64,000 nucleotides of DNA from Lama glama. Lineage: Eukaryota. Below are positions 12,051 to 30,995 of this stretch, piece after piece. The stretch lies in the NCBI GenBank assembly GCA_028534125.1, contig JAPYYK010000093.1, forward strand, positions 434,001 through 498,000, given 5' to 3'. The position numbers and the translations under genes are program-made. Within the stretch, counting starts at the first letter, position 1, and the number at the start of each line of letters is the position of its first letter. The notes below the pieces were generated by a model. It worked only from the letters and a program-made list of their open reading frames with translations. It ran no database searches and had not been told where the DNA came from.

Positions 12051-15000
12051 TCACCCCAGGGGGCAGGCATGCAGGGCCTCTTGGATCTTCTGGCGGCAAT
12101 AGGAGTACTTCTGCAGGATCTGGCGGAGGTGTTCCTCTTCTTCCCGCTGCAGGATGCGCAGGAAGTTGTGTAGTTCAGGCATGCTGAAAGCATCCCACTG
12201 CAGGGGGTAGTGGGGAGACACAGTCTACAGCAGGCACCGCCAAGCCAGCAGGCCCTCCCTAGAGACCAGCACATCATGGTCACACAGCTAGATGGGGCTT
12301 TCTAATGTCAGGTTCTTGCCTGAATGGTCTCTGTTAGGACTCCCAACAATGATTCTATAGAAGATGGGCCACACAAAGTAGGGTGGTCAACTTATGGAGA
12401 GGCAACCAAACCAAATATTTACTAGTTACCTGTGGACAGGTCATGCCCACTCTCTCTGAGGTTAACCCCACTCTGCAGACGCACTACCTTGGAGCTGTAA
12501 AGCTTCCAGGTAAAAAGTCCTAATGCCTGAAGGGGGCACCTCCATGTCTTTCTGTGCCCATCTGTGAGGCTTTGATCTGCCCTGGGATCACCACCATCAG
12601 AAGGACTCCTGCATCTCCTGAGGACTTTCTACATTAGGAAAGAGCAGAGCACCAAGACAATTCTTCCTGGCTTCTTGGGACAAGCCCTAGACCTTGGCAT
12701 GAGTCCTGGAAGCCATCACTTTAGCTACAAGGCTCACATACTCTTGGACAGGCTTTGTGGGGCTTGTCCTCAGCCCTATTCCTCCTTCACAACTTACTAG
12801 AGCTGCCACCCACGAGTCCTGCCAAGAAACTACGATGGGCCATGTACTCACGTTCACCTCCCCAGAGTCATTCTCCTTCAGAACAAAGCTGAGGGCCTTC
12901 TCACTGGGTCCTGCAAGGAGCCGGAGCCGCAGGGGCTGCTCATCATCTGACAGCTTCCGCAGATACACTGAGGGCCAGAAGGGGGGAAGGGAATGTGTGA
13001 TAGAGTCAGGCGCAGTCCCTCGGCCCCTGAGCGCACAGGCACGTGCATATATACCCTCACACGTGATGGTGGGGCTAGGGGGGCGCCCACCTTGGCCATG
13101 GCGCTCAGCCCGCTCAAAGAGTGCAAACTTGCGGGGGTCATCCACCACCAAGAATTTGCGCAGCAGGGCCTCGATGACCTCGCGTGCCCGCGTGCGTGAC
13201 AACACATGCAGGTGCTTGACAGCATCCTTGGGCAAGTAGAAGGAAGTGCGCCGTTTCACAGCTGTGCCCCTCCCTGGGCCCCGCCGGGCATCCTGCAAGG
13301 AGGGTGGTTTCTTGCTGGAGGGAACCGAGACAGGGCGCACCAGCTTCAGTTGAACCTTGATGAAGCCTGTGTAGGAGCCATCCTTGTTCTAAAGAGGAGA
13401 AACCGAAACATGACTAGGTTCCAGGTGCGATGGAACAGATCTGAGTACTACCAGTCCACTTAGGGCTAGGCTGGGTGTGAATAAATCACTGTTTGGGCCC
13501 ACACAGGAACACCTCAGCTGTGACCCTTTGCACACCAGGCACACAGCTGGGTTCCTGCCTCTCTCCAAAACAAGCTATCAACTCACCAGGCTCATGAACA
13601 GGTTGCTGTTGATCTGGCCATTGTACTCTTTGATCTTCTGCTCAATCTCAGCCTGAGAAAGGTCAGGAGTCTCCCACTCCACAGGCTCATCCTGAAAGAT
13701 GGACCAGCATGGACACAGGACCCTTAAGGAATTCATTCCTCTGCAATGTGTGTCACAGGCAAGGAGGGGAGCCCTGGGTGGACCACCTATGAGCAGCCTT
13801 TGGAAACTGTTAACAAAGTTCAAGTCCTGATGAGAAGAATCCATCACTGCTCCTGGTTCTGCATGCTATGGGTGGACACAGCCAAGGCAGAATCATTCGG
13901 CTTCTCTCTGCCGCCTGCCTGAATCCTCCTCAACATTGGGGAAGGCCCTAAGGATACCTTGAAACCAAGGAAACTCCAAGCTTGAGGCCAGGGACCAGGA
14001 AAAGATCTAGGAATCTGAGGGACAGCTTGATCCCAGCATGCAAGTCAGGTGGGGTCAAGGTGTGTCCTGGAGAAGGCAGTGCACTTTGCCACTCTGCCTT
14101 GGCCATAACCCACTGCAGGGTGAGAAGTATGGGTAGTGGTGCACACCAGGAACCCAGCTACTAGCGGGCAGGAGGGGAAGGGCAATCTCTGCAATGTTAA
14201 CACTCCTGATGGGAGACCTGGGGCCAGCCCTGTGTTCCTCAGACATAGCGAGGAAACCACTGTGACATGCCATTTGATCTTGACCCAAGTTGCATAAAAA
14301 ACAGCTTCAGGCCAGGCTCCAAACTGCCCGAGGTGCATGGTAGAGCCTTCTGGTAGAGCCTGTCCCACAAGTGCCAAATAAGTAGACTTTTGGAACTCTT
14401 CCCTGCTGTCTAGAGTTAGTTTGTTTTTTGTTTTGGGGGGGGGTAATTAGGCTTATTTATTTATTTTAATTAAGGAGGTATAGGGGACTGAACCCAGGAC
14501 CTCATGCATGCTAACCATGTGCTCTACCACTGAACTATACCCTCCCTCTCAATCCCCGGTCTAGAGGTGTAACCCAAAGACTTTAGCTCCACCATTCAGC
14601 CCTTCTCCTTTTCCTCCAGGGACTGGATTCTTGTCGGAAGGGTGGAGTATGGCCCAGGGCAGCCAGGGCTCTGAATTAACTTCCTTCTGCCAAACTCCCT
14701 TGGTCCTGTTGCATCAGCCTTACTTCCTGTTGACGTAAGATAGATCCTAGTAGGTATGAATGTCACAGATACAGCTGAGATCACCACTGACCAATGCCTT
14801 GTTCCAGGGGAGTTCCCACCAGAATGTCTCCTGCAGTATAACCTTAAACTTGTGCTCAGCTCAGCCCAGGGCAGCCAGGCTTTTCCCTGACTACTACCTT
14901 GGAGCCCCCTAAGCTTAAACCATCTGATGGGGACAAATAAGAAGGACAGATGAAGGGTCAGGTAGAGTCCACAGCGTTTTAGCAGTATGCTCTTCACCTT

Positions 15001-17123
15001 GAACCTGATGCTGCTCAGCAGCCAGCAAGTGCGTGGTGCTGAGGATTGAGGCTGGGGAAGGGGTGGAAATTGAAGCCTATGTGCTTCCCCAAGCTTCCAA
15101 AGGTCTCCTAGACGGAAAAGAGCACTGAGAAGTGAAAACTCCAGCAGAAAGTTTGTTGGAGACAGAGGGAAATCCTGCAGGACTAGTAAGAACAATGGTG
15201 TGGGCTCTGGAAAGTGAGGAATCTGGGGGGTAAAACGAAGGCTGCAGGCTGGGAATAAAGGATAAATGTATTTGTTCAGGCCCAAGGAGAGGGACAGGAA
15301 GGAGTGACCCCGCGGGAAGAAATGCCAAGATGGGAGGGGTGCTAGGAGGAAAGCTGAGCAGACTAGAGCTGGAGCAAGAAGGAAGAGAATTCTATTTACA
15401 GAACAGGGTGATCAAAGGCATGGCACTAACTTATTCTCCTTCCCTAGGATGACTCTAAGCTCTACCTGGGTCCTTCCTCTTCCCTGTTCAGGTTATCCAG
15501 GAGCCCTGAACTGGGATGAAGTGACCTCAGTTCCAGCCCCTTCCTTCTCCAGGTCAACCTTCCTCAGTATCTTTACTCATAAAACAAGGGACTTGGACTG
15601 GAGACACTGCACTATCCTGTCAGGATTCTAGAGGAGTAAGTTTTTTTCTGTTTCTAAAGCTGACTGCTAGAGGAGGATTCCAACAGCGGTCCCAGAGGGA
15701 TACACAACGGGACCATGGAATTTCCCTTCTCTTGTACTACAGTCACCCCCCTCTACTCTGCCACTGTCCACAGTGACTGGTGGTTTTTATGTACAGCTTG
15801 GAACTCCCCAGCCTCGTTTTCAATTGGTCAGTGTCTTGTGGTTTTCTCACTTTTCCACAATGGAAAATGGCTCAGGCCTGAGTGACAGAGACAGTTCCAG
15901 GGATCAACATTCAAACCTTGCACCCAAACTCTGGAGTGAGATCTTGAGGTATAAAATTTTCACTGAAGAATTATCCACAACTCTCTTTTCTTGGCTTATG
16001 CAAGGAATTCTGTCCCACTGCTGCCAGATATACTGAACTTCACATCATGGTCCCCATCCTTTTCCTGATGCCCTGGCCAGGGTGCTCCTCTGAGGTGTAC
16101 CAGCTCCAGAACAGTTATTTGAGCCTGGTGGTCACAGTCATGGCACACAGCACAGAAGTCTTTGATAATGGGGACACCTGGGAGACTCTGAGACCTACAG
16201 CTGCTCTAGTGCCATACCTTATGGTATTGCATTAGTAACCCCTCTCTTGACCTCTCTCAGGGCATTTTACAATCTAGCCTTCCCCACCTCTTGTAGACAA
16301 AGTGCTCCTGGATGCTTACAGTCCAAAACAAGGCTTCCTTCCCATCCACTCCCAAATCCCCTTTCTCCAGGTCCGCTCTAATTTTAGTATATGTGTTGCC
16401 CAAGCCAGCATTCCAGTTTCCCTCAGGGTGGGGGTCGGGGGAATCGGGATCAGAATCTTCTCCATTCCAGCAGCTGGTGACAGGCCAGGACCGGCAAGAG
16501 GTGAGGACTCAGCTGGCTCCATTCAGGAGTGCATACGGAGGGGCCCGGACCTTCCTTTGCCTCTCTCCTAAACACACTTCTGTATTCCGGGCTAGAACTC
16601 CTCCCGCTCCACTTCCTCCTGGTCCCCCAGAGTGGGGGCTGGGAGCACCCACACGCGGAAATCGAGGTGTTACTCCAGACTGCGCAGTCAGCCTTAGTAA
16701 TAGGTGAATAATGCCCTGGTCTACCCCAAGCCACTGAGCTGCTTCCCCTAGTTCAGCCGGTCTGTGACAGAAACTGAAAGGCCTCAGCAGCCAGTACCCA
16801 CGCGCTGAAAACCCAACACACGGTTCCGAGGACTGGCCCGGGTTGGGTCCAGGATCCACGCTGACGGGAGAGCGGGGTTGCTTACAAACTCTCGACGCCG
16901 AAACTTACCAGGGAGGGGCGGGGTCCCAGCGACCGCCCCTAGCCTGCCTCCCGCAATCCCCGGCCCCCACCTGGTCCCGGCGCGGCCTGCGTGCCAGCGA
17001 GGTACGCGCGGTGAAGTACTGCTCGAGCTCTGAGTCGGAGTCCTCCTGGCTGCAGTAGCCACTGCTTGTTGTGCTGCTCCAGGTCATCTCGAAAGAAGGC
17101 GTCCCCGCGTCTGCCTCGCCCAT
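12051..17123 (-). CDS. RASSF1: RASSF1 isoform C (272 aa); first exon 2-gamma 16971-17123 spliced to the shared exons 3-6
   Basis: MGEADAGTPSFEMTWSSTTSSGYCSQEDSDSELEQYFTARTSLARRPRRDQ ending CAG|GTGGGG, phase 0. Confidence 0.93.
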
Positions 17124-19731
17124 CGCCGCGCCCGCCTGCCCGCCAGCTCCGCGAGTCCCGCGCGCGCGTAGCCTCCAACCACCGCCCCAGGCGCATATGC
17201 GCGTGCGCGCGCGTGTAAGTGTGCGCGAACGCCCGAACCAGTGTCCGCGCCGCAACCGTTAACACTGAAATGTAGACAGCCAGGATCTAGCTCTTGTCTC
17301 ATTGGAGGAGGAATGTCGAAGGGCGGGGTCACACGCACGTCTCGCCTCAAGGAATGATCTCATAGCTCAGGCAGCTCAGCTTGGCTCCGCCTCGCGGGCC
17401 CCACCTCCCACGGGGAACAAGGCGCAACGTGTGCGCATGTGCACCACCGTGGCCCCAAGACAGGATGTTATAAGGTGCGAAAATTGCGCTTGCGCGGAGC
17501 CTGGGTGGCTCTGGGCAGTCCGCGCAGTCAGTACCCCAAGCACCCCTTCGAGCCCGCGGGCAGAATTAGCCATTCTCTGTCGCGGGAAAGTCGGCTATAA
17601 GAACGTTTATTGCGCGTAACGCCAAGCGGCCATAGGGAACGCCTGCAAAGTGGCCCGCTCGTCTGCGCGTCCCTGCCTTGCCCGTAAGCTCCCAGGTCCC
17701 GCGCTCACCACGTTCGTGTCCCTCTCCAGCGCAGGTTCCCATCCCAGGTCCCGGGGCCCGCAGCAGTCTAGGCAGACGAGCGCGCGGCAACGGTAGTGGC
17801 AGGTGAACTTGCAATCTGCGGAGAAGCCTGGCTGTGAGGCGGAGGAACCCCGGGGACAGCGGGGAAGAAACGGAAAAGCGTCCCGGGGACAGAATAGCCC
17901 AGGGGTGAAGGCCATTGCCCGTAGTGCTCTGCATGACCGGTCTTATCTCAGGCCCCGTTACCGCCCACCGCTACACAGATTTTAGTGTTGGTACACCCCC
18001 CCACGCCCCGCCACCGGCGTCTGCAAACTGGCGAGAAGGCTTCAGGCGGTTAGGGATCCAAGCCTGCTAAACAGTTGGATTTCTGGAGTCGAGGGCAGAA
18101 CTTTCCCCTTCCTCTTTATCAGCGCCCCTCCCTCCGCCCATTTACTTGAAGGGGAAAAAAAAAACCTTGTAACCCAATGCCCCGCTCTAGTTGTTATTTG
18201 TCTCTACTCCTCTCACACCAGAAACTTACCTCTCAGTCCCTCGCCTTCACCCTCTACCCATTCCAATCAGGCCTGCCCCTCCCTCCAGGAGACTGCCCTG
18301 GTCAGGGTCCTCAGCGACCTGCCCACTGCCAAATCCGGTCTTTCTCCATCTTCACTTCCTCAGCATCATCTGATGCTTGTTCCTCTTGGTTCCTGGGGGG
18401 CCCCTTCTACCCTGGTCTTCCTCCCACCTCCCTGCAGCTCCTGCTCAGCTCCTTTAGTTCTGTTTCAACTTCCACGTCTAATGGTGGTGTCTCTGAGGCT
18501 CAGTCCTGATTGCCTCCCTGCTCTGTGTACACTGACCTACCCCTGATCCAAGGCTTTCATCACTGACCTCTTCCCTCAGATCAAATCCTGTGTATTAGTA
18601 TCTTCGTTTGGATGTCTAGTAGACATTTCAACTCAACATGGCCAAAATTTAACTCACTTTCTTACCCTTTTAAACTTAGTTTTCCTCACCCCTACCCTTG
18701 CCAGAGTTCCTTATCTCAGCAAAAATCGCTACTGTTCTCCATAAAGTTCCTAAATTAACCAGAGCATTGATTCTCAACACAGGCTGCACAGAATAATCTG
18801 TTTATAAAAATTACTCATACACTCCCAGTGATTGATTCAACAGGTGTGAGTTAGGGTATAAGCATGGGGGAGTTGGAGGGCTGTAAAAGCATCCCAAGTA
18901 ATTCTAGCTGGTGTATAGCCAGTGGAAGATCAACTACTGCTTGCTGGTGATTCCTGGGAGGGTAGTGGCTGTGTTCATCTTTTAGCACCTGGTTGACTGA
19001 ACCTACAGTAGGTATTTACTAAATGAAGACGCAACAAAACTGCTTGCAGTAGGCCCACCCAAGGTTCTAACTTTTCCATGCCTTCTCCCATAGGTGGGTA
19101 AATTCCCTTCATCTCAGGGTTTCTGGAGGGGGACTTGGGGAGTGAATCTTTGGGAAGGGGCAGGTGTGGGAATACGAACTCAGGGACTGGGTGGCACAAA
19201 GACTTTCTCAAGAAGGGCCAACACACTCTTTAAACTTGAAATTAAGCACCTGTTATTCACAGGTAACTGCCTCTGCCTAACTATGTCTCAAACGCAGGGG
19301 GGGCTTGACAAGCTTATAAACCATCTGCTCGAACTCTCTTCTGCTATGGGGCAAAGATAACTGTCCTGGTCCACAGGGACCGTCCCTGTCAAACCCCCTC
19401 CGTCGCAACTTGGCCCACAGCGAAGGTGCTGCCCCTTGGCCACCCGTTTCGCTCTCGCCAGCGCAAGGGACTGCTACTCACGTGCGCACTGCAGGCCCTT
19501 GCGCACGACGCCCCAGATGAAGTCTCCACAGAGGTCGCACCACGTGTGCGTGGCGGGCCCCGCAGGCTGGAAGCGGTGGCCGCGGCCCGGGACCAGCTGC
19601 CTTGCGGGGTTGCGCGCTGTGCCCGGTGCGATGCGCAGCGCGTTGGCACGCTCCAGCCGGGTACGGCCCGGGGTGGCGCACCGCGCGGGTGCCAGTTCCC
19701 GCAGCTCAATGAGCTCAGGTTCAGCGGACAT
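12051..19731 (-). CDS. RASSF1: Ras association domain family member 1, isoform A (340 aa); exons 19482-19731, 17709-17815, 13587-13691, 13091-13388, 12852-12967, 12051-12197
   Basis: C1 domain (HRFQPAG...WCDLCGDFIWG...CKFTCHYRC), ATM site ETPDLSQAE, RA domain and SARAH domain (WDAFSMPELHNFL). Exon lengths sum to 1023 nt, in frame. Confidence 0.97.
14416..14558 (-). mobile_element. tRNA-derived SINE (camelid Vic-1-like) in a RASSF1 intron
   Basis: Minus strand GGGTATAGTTCAGTGGTAGAG...GGTTCAGTCCCC (A/B boxes) and an A-rich tail. Target-site duplication gtctagag at 14408-14415 and 14559-14566. Confidence 0.85.
16800..17980. promoter_or_regulatory. RASSF1C CpG-island promoter
   Basis: CpG-dense, NRF1-like gcgcatatgcgc and tgcgcatgtgca, GC box. 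Confidence 0.8.
18290..18750. mobile_element. Ancient LINE2 fragment
   Basis: L2-like phrases (ttggatgtctagtagacatttcaactcaacatggccaaaa), pyrimidine-rich and CpG-depleted. Confidence 0.55.
18764..18939. mobile_element. MER5-like hAT-Charlie DNA transposon fossil
   Basis: Ends resemble cagtg(a)ttctcaa...aactactg. Internal aagcatcccaagtaattct is typical of MER5A. Confidence 0.5.
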
Positions 19732-20200
19732 GGCCCGGTCGGGCCGGGTCTCGGGCCGGCTCTGGGCGCGAGCGAGCGCGGGGCGGGCGGGGCTGCGGGG
19801 CGGTCCCCGATGCGGCGCCGCCCCCGGACTCAGGCAGAGCGGCTGGAGAGAGCCGAGGGGAGCGGCGCAATTGTAACCTGGGCGCCTGGGCTGTGTCGGC
19901 CCGCAGGCGGAGTGGGGCGGCGAGGCGCTGCTCTCGCGGAGTCCCCGCCCTCCATTTCCTATCCTCCCTTCATCCCGCCAGCAACTCCCCTCCCCCTGAC
20001 GACGAAGACAACGACGACGACCGCAAAGGGCCACGCGGAAACAGTCGTGTTTCTGGAAGCCAGCTTTACTTTACTGTACTAGAGGAAGAGGGTCCCCACA
20101 TCCGGCCCTCGGCCCTCGCCCCCCGCCCAGGCCGCCTGCCCTAGCTTGCTGAGGCTGCGTCCTAAGCCTACCCGCCGGGTGGGGCAGGAAGCGGGGAGTG
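19380..20200 (-). promoter_or_regulatory. RASSF1A CpG-island promoter
   Basis: Very CpG-dense with multiple GGGCGG boxes upstream of the ATG at 19731. Confidence 0.85.
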
Positions 20201-20358
20201 CTTTGCTGGGGAAGATGGGTCAGCAGCTCTACCCGCCTGCTGTGTTCACCACCTGGGAGACTGGGGCGCTTGCAGAGGCCAGGCTGAGATCCAGAGGTTC
20301 AGGGCACACTCTAGTAGGTTGTATAGCATGGGTGGTTGGCCCTCAGCAGCTGCAGCCG

Positions 20359-24367
<4,009 letters not shown>

Positions 24368-24599
24368 CCTCCCTGAACTTCTGGGGCTTTCGCCCTCACA
24401 ACCGGCTGTGGCTCACGGGTCTCCCTTAATTCTAGACTCTTGTAGCCTAGGCTCCCTCCTCCGACGGACGTCAAGTCGGTCCGACCCCCACCAACTCTCC
24501 CTGCAGCTGCTCCCTCTCAGCCCACACTGATGCGCCTCTCCATGGTCTCCTCGCTCCCAGCTCCACCTTGTTGGCTCCACTCGCGAAATACTGCTCAGG

Positions 24600-25230
24600 G
24601 CTCACAACTTCTCTTCATCCTATTCCAGGCTGCCATTACCTCTCATGAGGTAACTACCGTGGCCTTGACTTTGCTGAGTAGCAGAAGTCTTTAAAGGTGT
24701 ATGTGAGACATTACTCCCTCGCATGAGGGTGAATCTGGCTGCCTCTGGCCCTCAAAATCAAAATACTGTGTCCAAAGCAGCTTACCGGCAACTCTGCAGT
24801 ATCAGGCTCTTGCACCTTCTCCTACCTCAGGACTTCGTTTCTTGCCCCACTCCCACTTGACTCCTAAGTTCCAGCCCCATGGGCCTCCCTTGGCTTCCAC
24901 ATACATCCCAAGGAGCCTTTTGCTTCAGGGCTTTTTCGCTTGTTACTTTTGCCTGGAATACTCCTTCTCCTTCAGGGTTCAGTTTAAGTCAGCTCAGCTA
25001 GGCCTTCCTTGCCCATCTAATCCAGAGCAGCCATCCCAACTCACTCTTCATCACAGCTTCCTGATTGTTTCTTTCAGTTTGTAATTAGCTGGCACTTTTA
25101 CTTGTCCATTGTCGGTCCTGCCCACCAGATGGCGCCCCAGGACGCCAGGACTATGGCTATTCCATTCCCGAAGGTTCTCTCCGGTGGCTGGCTCAGAGGC
25201 AGTACTCAATAAAGGTAGGTTGAAATGGAT
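24600..25230. mobile_element. Degenerate LINE2 3' fragment(s)
   Basis: L2-like tail tggctcagaggcagtactcaataaa and tgcctggaatactcc. Confidence 0.5.
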
Positions 25231-25233
25231 GAC

Positions 25234-25239
25234 TTTATT
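25234..25239 (-). terminator. NPRL2 polyadenylation signal AATAAA
   Basis: tttatt about 125 nt past the stop. Confidence 0.7.
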
Positions 25240-25364
25240 TACAGAAGTGTGCATCAACCTTAAGGCAGTATGGGCTAGTTTGCTGGTCTAGCCCTCACGC
25301 ACCAGGCAGGGCTTAGCAGGAGACAGCAGTCACAGCTGTGTGCCTGGGCCAGCCCTCACCAGCC

Positions 25365-28396
<3,032 letters not shown>

Positions 28397-28399
28397 GGC

Positions 28400-28900
28400 G
28401 TTAATGGGGCCCGGGACCGTGGCTGGCACCTCTATGTCTGGGAGCACCTGTCAGAAGCAGCCCTGAAGCCTGGGACACCGGGTCAAGCACGCCTGCGCAC
28501 TGACAGAGCCAACACACCGTCCGCTCAACAGCGCCTGCGCACCGCGACTCAGCCGTGTGGCTGTGGGGGACTGTTCCAGGAAGTCCCGGGTGGGTAGGCG
28601 CTCGGACCCGGAAGTTAAGCTGCTCCGCGACGGAGCGGTAGCGCCCGCGGCAGAGCCCCGAAAATCCCACTTTCTCGGAAGAAATCACCGCGTCGGGTCG
28701 GCCCTGCGGGTGAGGCAGGCGAATCCCTAGCATGTAAGGGCAGCGTGCCAGAGGCACTTGGGGTGGCTGTGCGCGAAGGGATTCAGGCTGTAATTTCGAC
28801 GCAACTGGGAACTACAATTCCCGTGGTGCTTCATACCCTTCCAGCAAGCGCTCCCGCCCGGCGACGGCGTGGTGCATGCTGGGATTTGTAGTCTATTACA
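28400..28900. promoter_or_regulatory. Bidirectional CpG-island promoter NPRL2/CYB561D2
   Basis: Head-to-head ATGs at 28396 and 29157. NRF1-like gcctgcgca x2, GABP ccggaagt, ZNF143 motifs actacaattccc (28811) and gggatttgtagt (28881). Confidence 0.85.
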
Positions 28901-29156
28901 CGGCCTTGCGCATCCTACCTGGAAGGTGGGCCAGTGACCAGTGTCAATTCAGAAGCGTGCACACTCTGACAGGCCACCAGTCTCAACTATTCCTGGTGCC
29001 TAGCTTAGTACTGTTCCTTCATATCTTAACTTCTTGGAAGAGAGTGGCATTCCTGCCCTGCAACTCTTGCTCCAGTGAGAGGAGTGGACAGTGGGCACCA
29101 GAGGCCCTTGCTCACTCTACTATGCTTTCAGGCTACAGCCACCGGCCTGGCTGACC

Positions 29157-30995
29157 ATGGCTCTTTCTGTGGAGACTGAATCGCACATATACCGAGCTCT
29201 GCGCACTGCCTCTGGGGCTGCTGCCCACCTTGTGGCCCTAGGCTTCACCATCTTTGTGGCTGTACTTGCCAGGCCTGGCTCCAGTAAGTAGAATTCATAG
29301 TTGACTTATGGGAAGGAAAGTGCCACTTCTTCTGGGGAGCAGGGGCAATAGGAAGCCTTGGGTCTGACTCCTGGGAAAGGCCTGGCTGGCAGAGGGACAT
29401 GCTATGCTGGAGGGGTAAGTGGGGTGGAGTAGGTAAGTGTGGAAGCTGGGCCAGCTTGGCCAGGTCCCACAGAGTACCTGGCTGCTCTTGTCTTGTGCTC
29501 CACTTGGCTGCCTCCTGGAAAGTGCAGGGGGAAGGAGGGAGGACTGCCAGAGGAGTGGGAAAGCATAGCCTCTGATCTAGGGAGGGACCAGGAAGAGAGG
29601 GTATGCTTGGGGTCAGCTTGTTGCAGCAAGAGGGGACTTGAATTTTGGCAGCACCTCCTTGGGTGATCGGCTGCTCATTTTCCTCAGCCTGTGGCGATTG
29701 GTGTGGCTGGGTTCTTCTTGCTTCAGCCTCAAAGCCTTCTCTTCTCATTCCAGGTCTCTTCTCCTGGCACCCGGTGCTTATGTCCCTGGCTGTAAGTAAT
29801 GGGCCTGGCCTGCTCTTATGGGTGGGACGGAGTATAGCTATGGGTGGTGGTCTTGGTGACTTCTAAATCTTTATGAACACTTAGTATCTGTTTGGAGGGA
29901 CGGGATGTGGGGCTGGAGGAGCTGCATGCTCCAACTCCTGCCCATGGTATATGTCCCAGACTTGAACCAGAGTATTCAAGATGCAGGGCAAATGGGTTTA
30001 TCTAAGCACAAAATGAAGCTTCACCCACCTCCAGGCAGGACGCTTAGAATATGCATTTGGGTGTACCTGTGTTCCTTTTCACCTTAATTTATAGTGACAC
30101 ATCTAATTTTCCCTGAAACAGTGCACCTGTATGGCCAGCGCTTGCCAAGAAACTGTATCCAGCTCTATGACAGGAAAAGAAAGCTTGTGAATCATTTATA
30201 ACTGCCACATCTCGAACCTTGTGTTTGCTGAGTAACACAGCAGAGATGACATTTCAGAATAGCACCTAGGAAGAAGTGTGGAGTGGTACCTCTTGCTTGT
30301 TACTCAGGGCAGATATTCTGTCCCAGATAGAGTTCTCCACTCTTGTCTCACCAAATAGACACTCTTATCAGTGGGGAGAGAATGAAGGGGAATCTGCCCA
30401 GACTGGCTGGCAGCTTAGATTGTATCTCAAGCTCTCTTCCCCATTCTGCTGGGCAGCAGTCTTACTTAGTGTTCCATCCCTGTCTCCCCAGTTCTCTTTC
30501 CTGATGACCGAGGCACTGCTGGTGTTCTCTCCTGAGAGTTCGCTGCTGCGCTCCCTCTCGCGGAAGGGCCGAGCTCGCTGCCACTGGGTACTGCAGCTGC
30601 TGGCCCTGTTGTGTGCATTGATGGGCCTGGGCCTTGTCATCCTCCACAAGGAACAGCTTGGCAAAGCCCACTTGGCCACGTGGCACGGGCGGGCAGGGCT
30701 GCTAGCTGTGCTGTGGGCAGGGCTGCAGTGCTCAGGTGGGGTGGGGCTGCTCTACCCCAAACTGCTGCCCCGATGGCCCCTGGCCAAGCTCAAGCTGTAC
30801 CATGCCACTTCTGGGCTGGTGGGCTACCTTCTGGGTAGTGCCAGCCTCTTATTGGGCATGTGCTCACTCTGGTTCACTGCCACAGTCACCGGTGGGGTCT
30901 GGTACCTGGCTGTGCTATGCCCTGTCATCACCAGCTTGGTCATCATGAACCAGGTGAGCAACGCCTACCTGTACCGCAAAAGGATCCAGCCTTGA
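29157..30995 (+). CDS. CYB561D2: Cytochrome b561 family member D2 (101F6), 222 aa; exons 29157-29283, 29754-29791, 30492-30995
   Basis: [16 protein letters not shown]...[22 protein letters not shown]...HWVLQ...WHGRAG...KLYHATSG...YRKRIQP*, with heme-ligand His residues. 669 nt in frame. Confidence 0.97.

Noticed and set aside
14480-14545. tRNA-like A/B-box sequence (also near 60490-60560)
   Set aside because: SINE head with tail and target duplication, not a tRNA gene.
14596-15285. 229-aa intronic ORF in RASSF1
   Set aside because: No ATG start or homology that I recognise; likely a chance frame.
19732-20034. 101-codon in-frame N-terminal extension of RASSF1A
   Set aside because: Non-ATG start in a GC-rich island where stops are rare, and probably upstream of the TSS.
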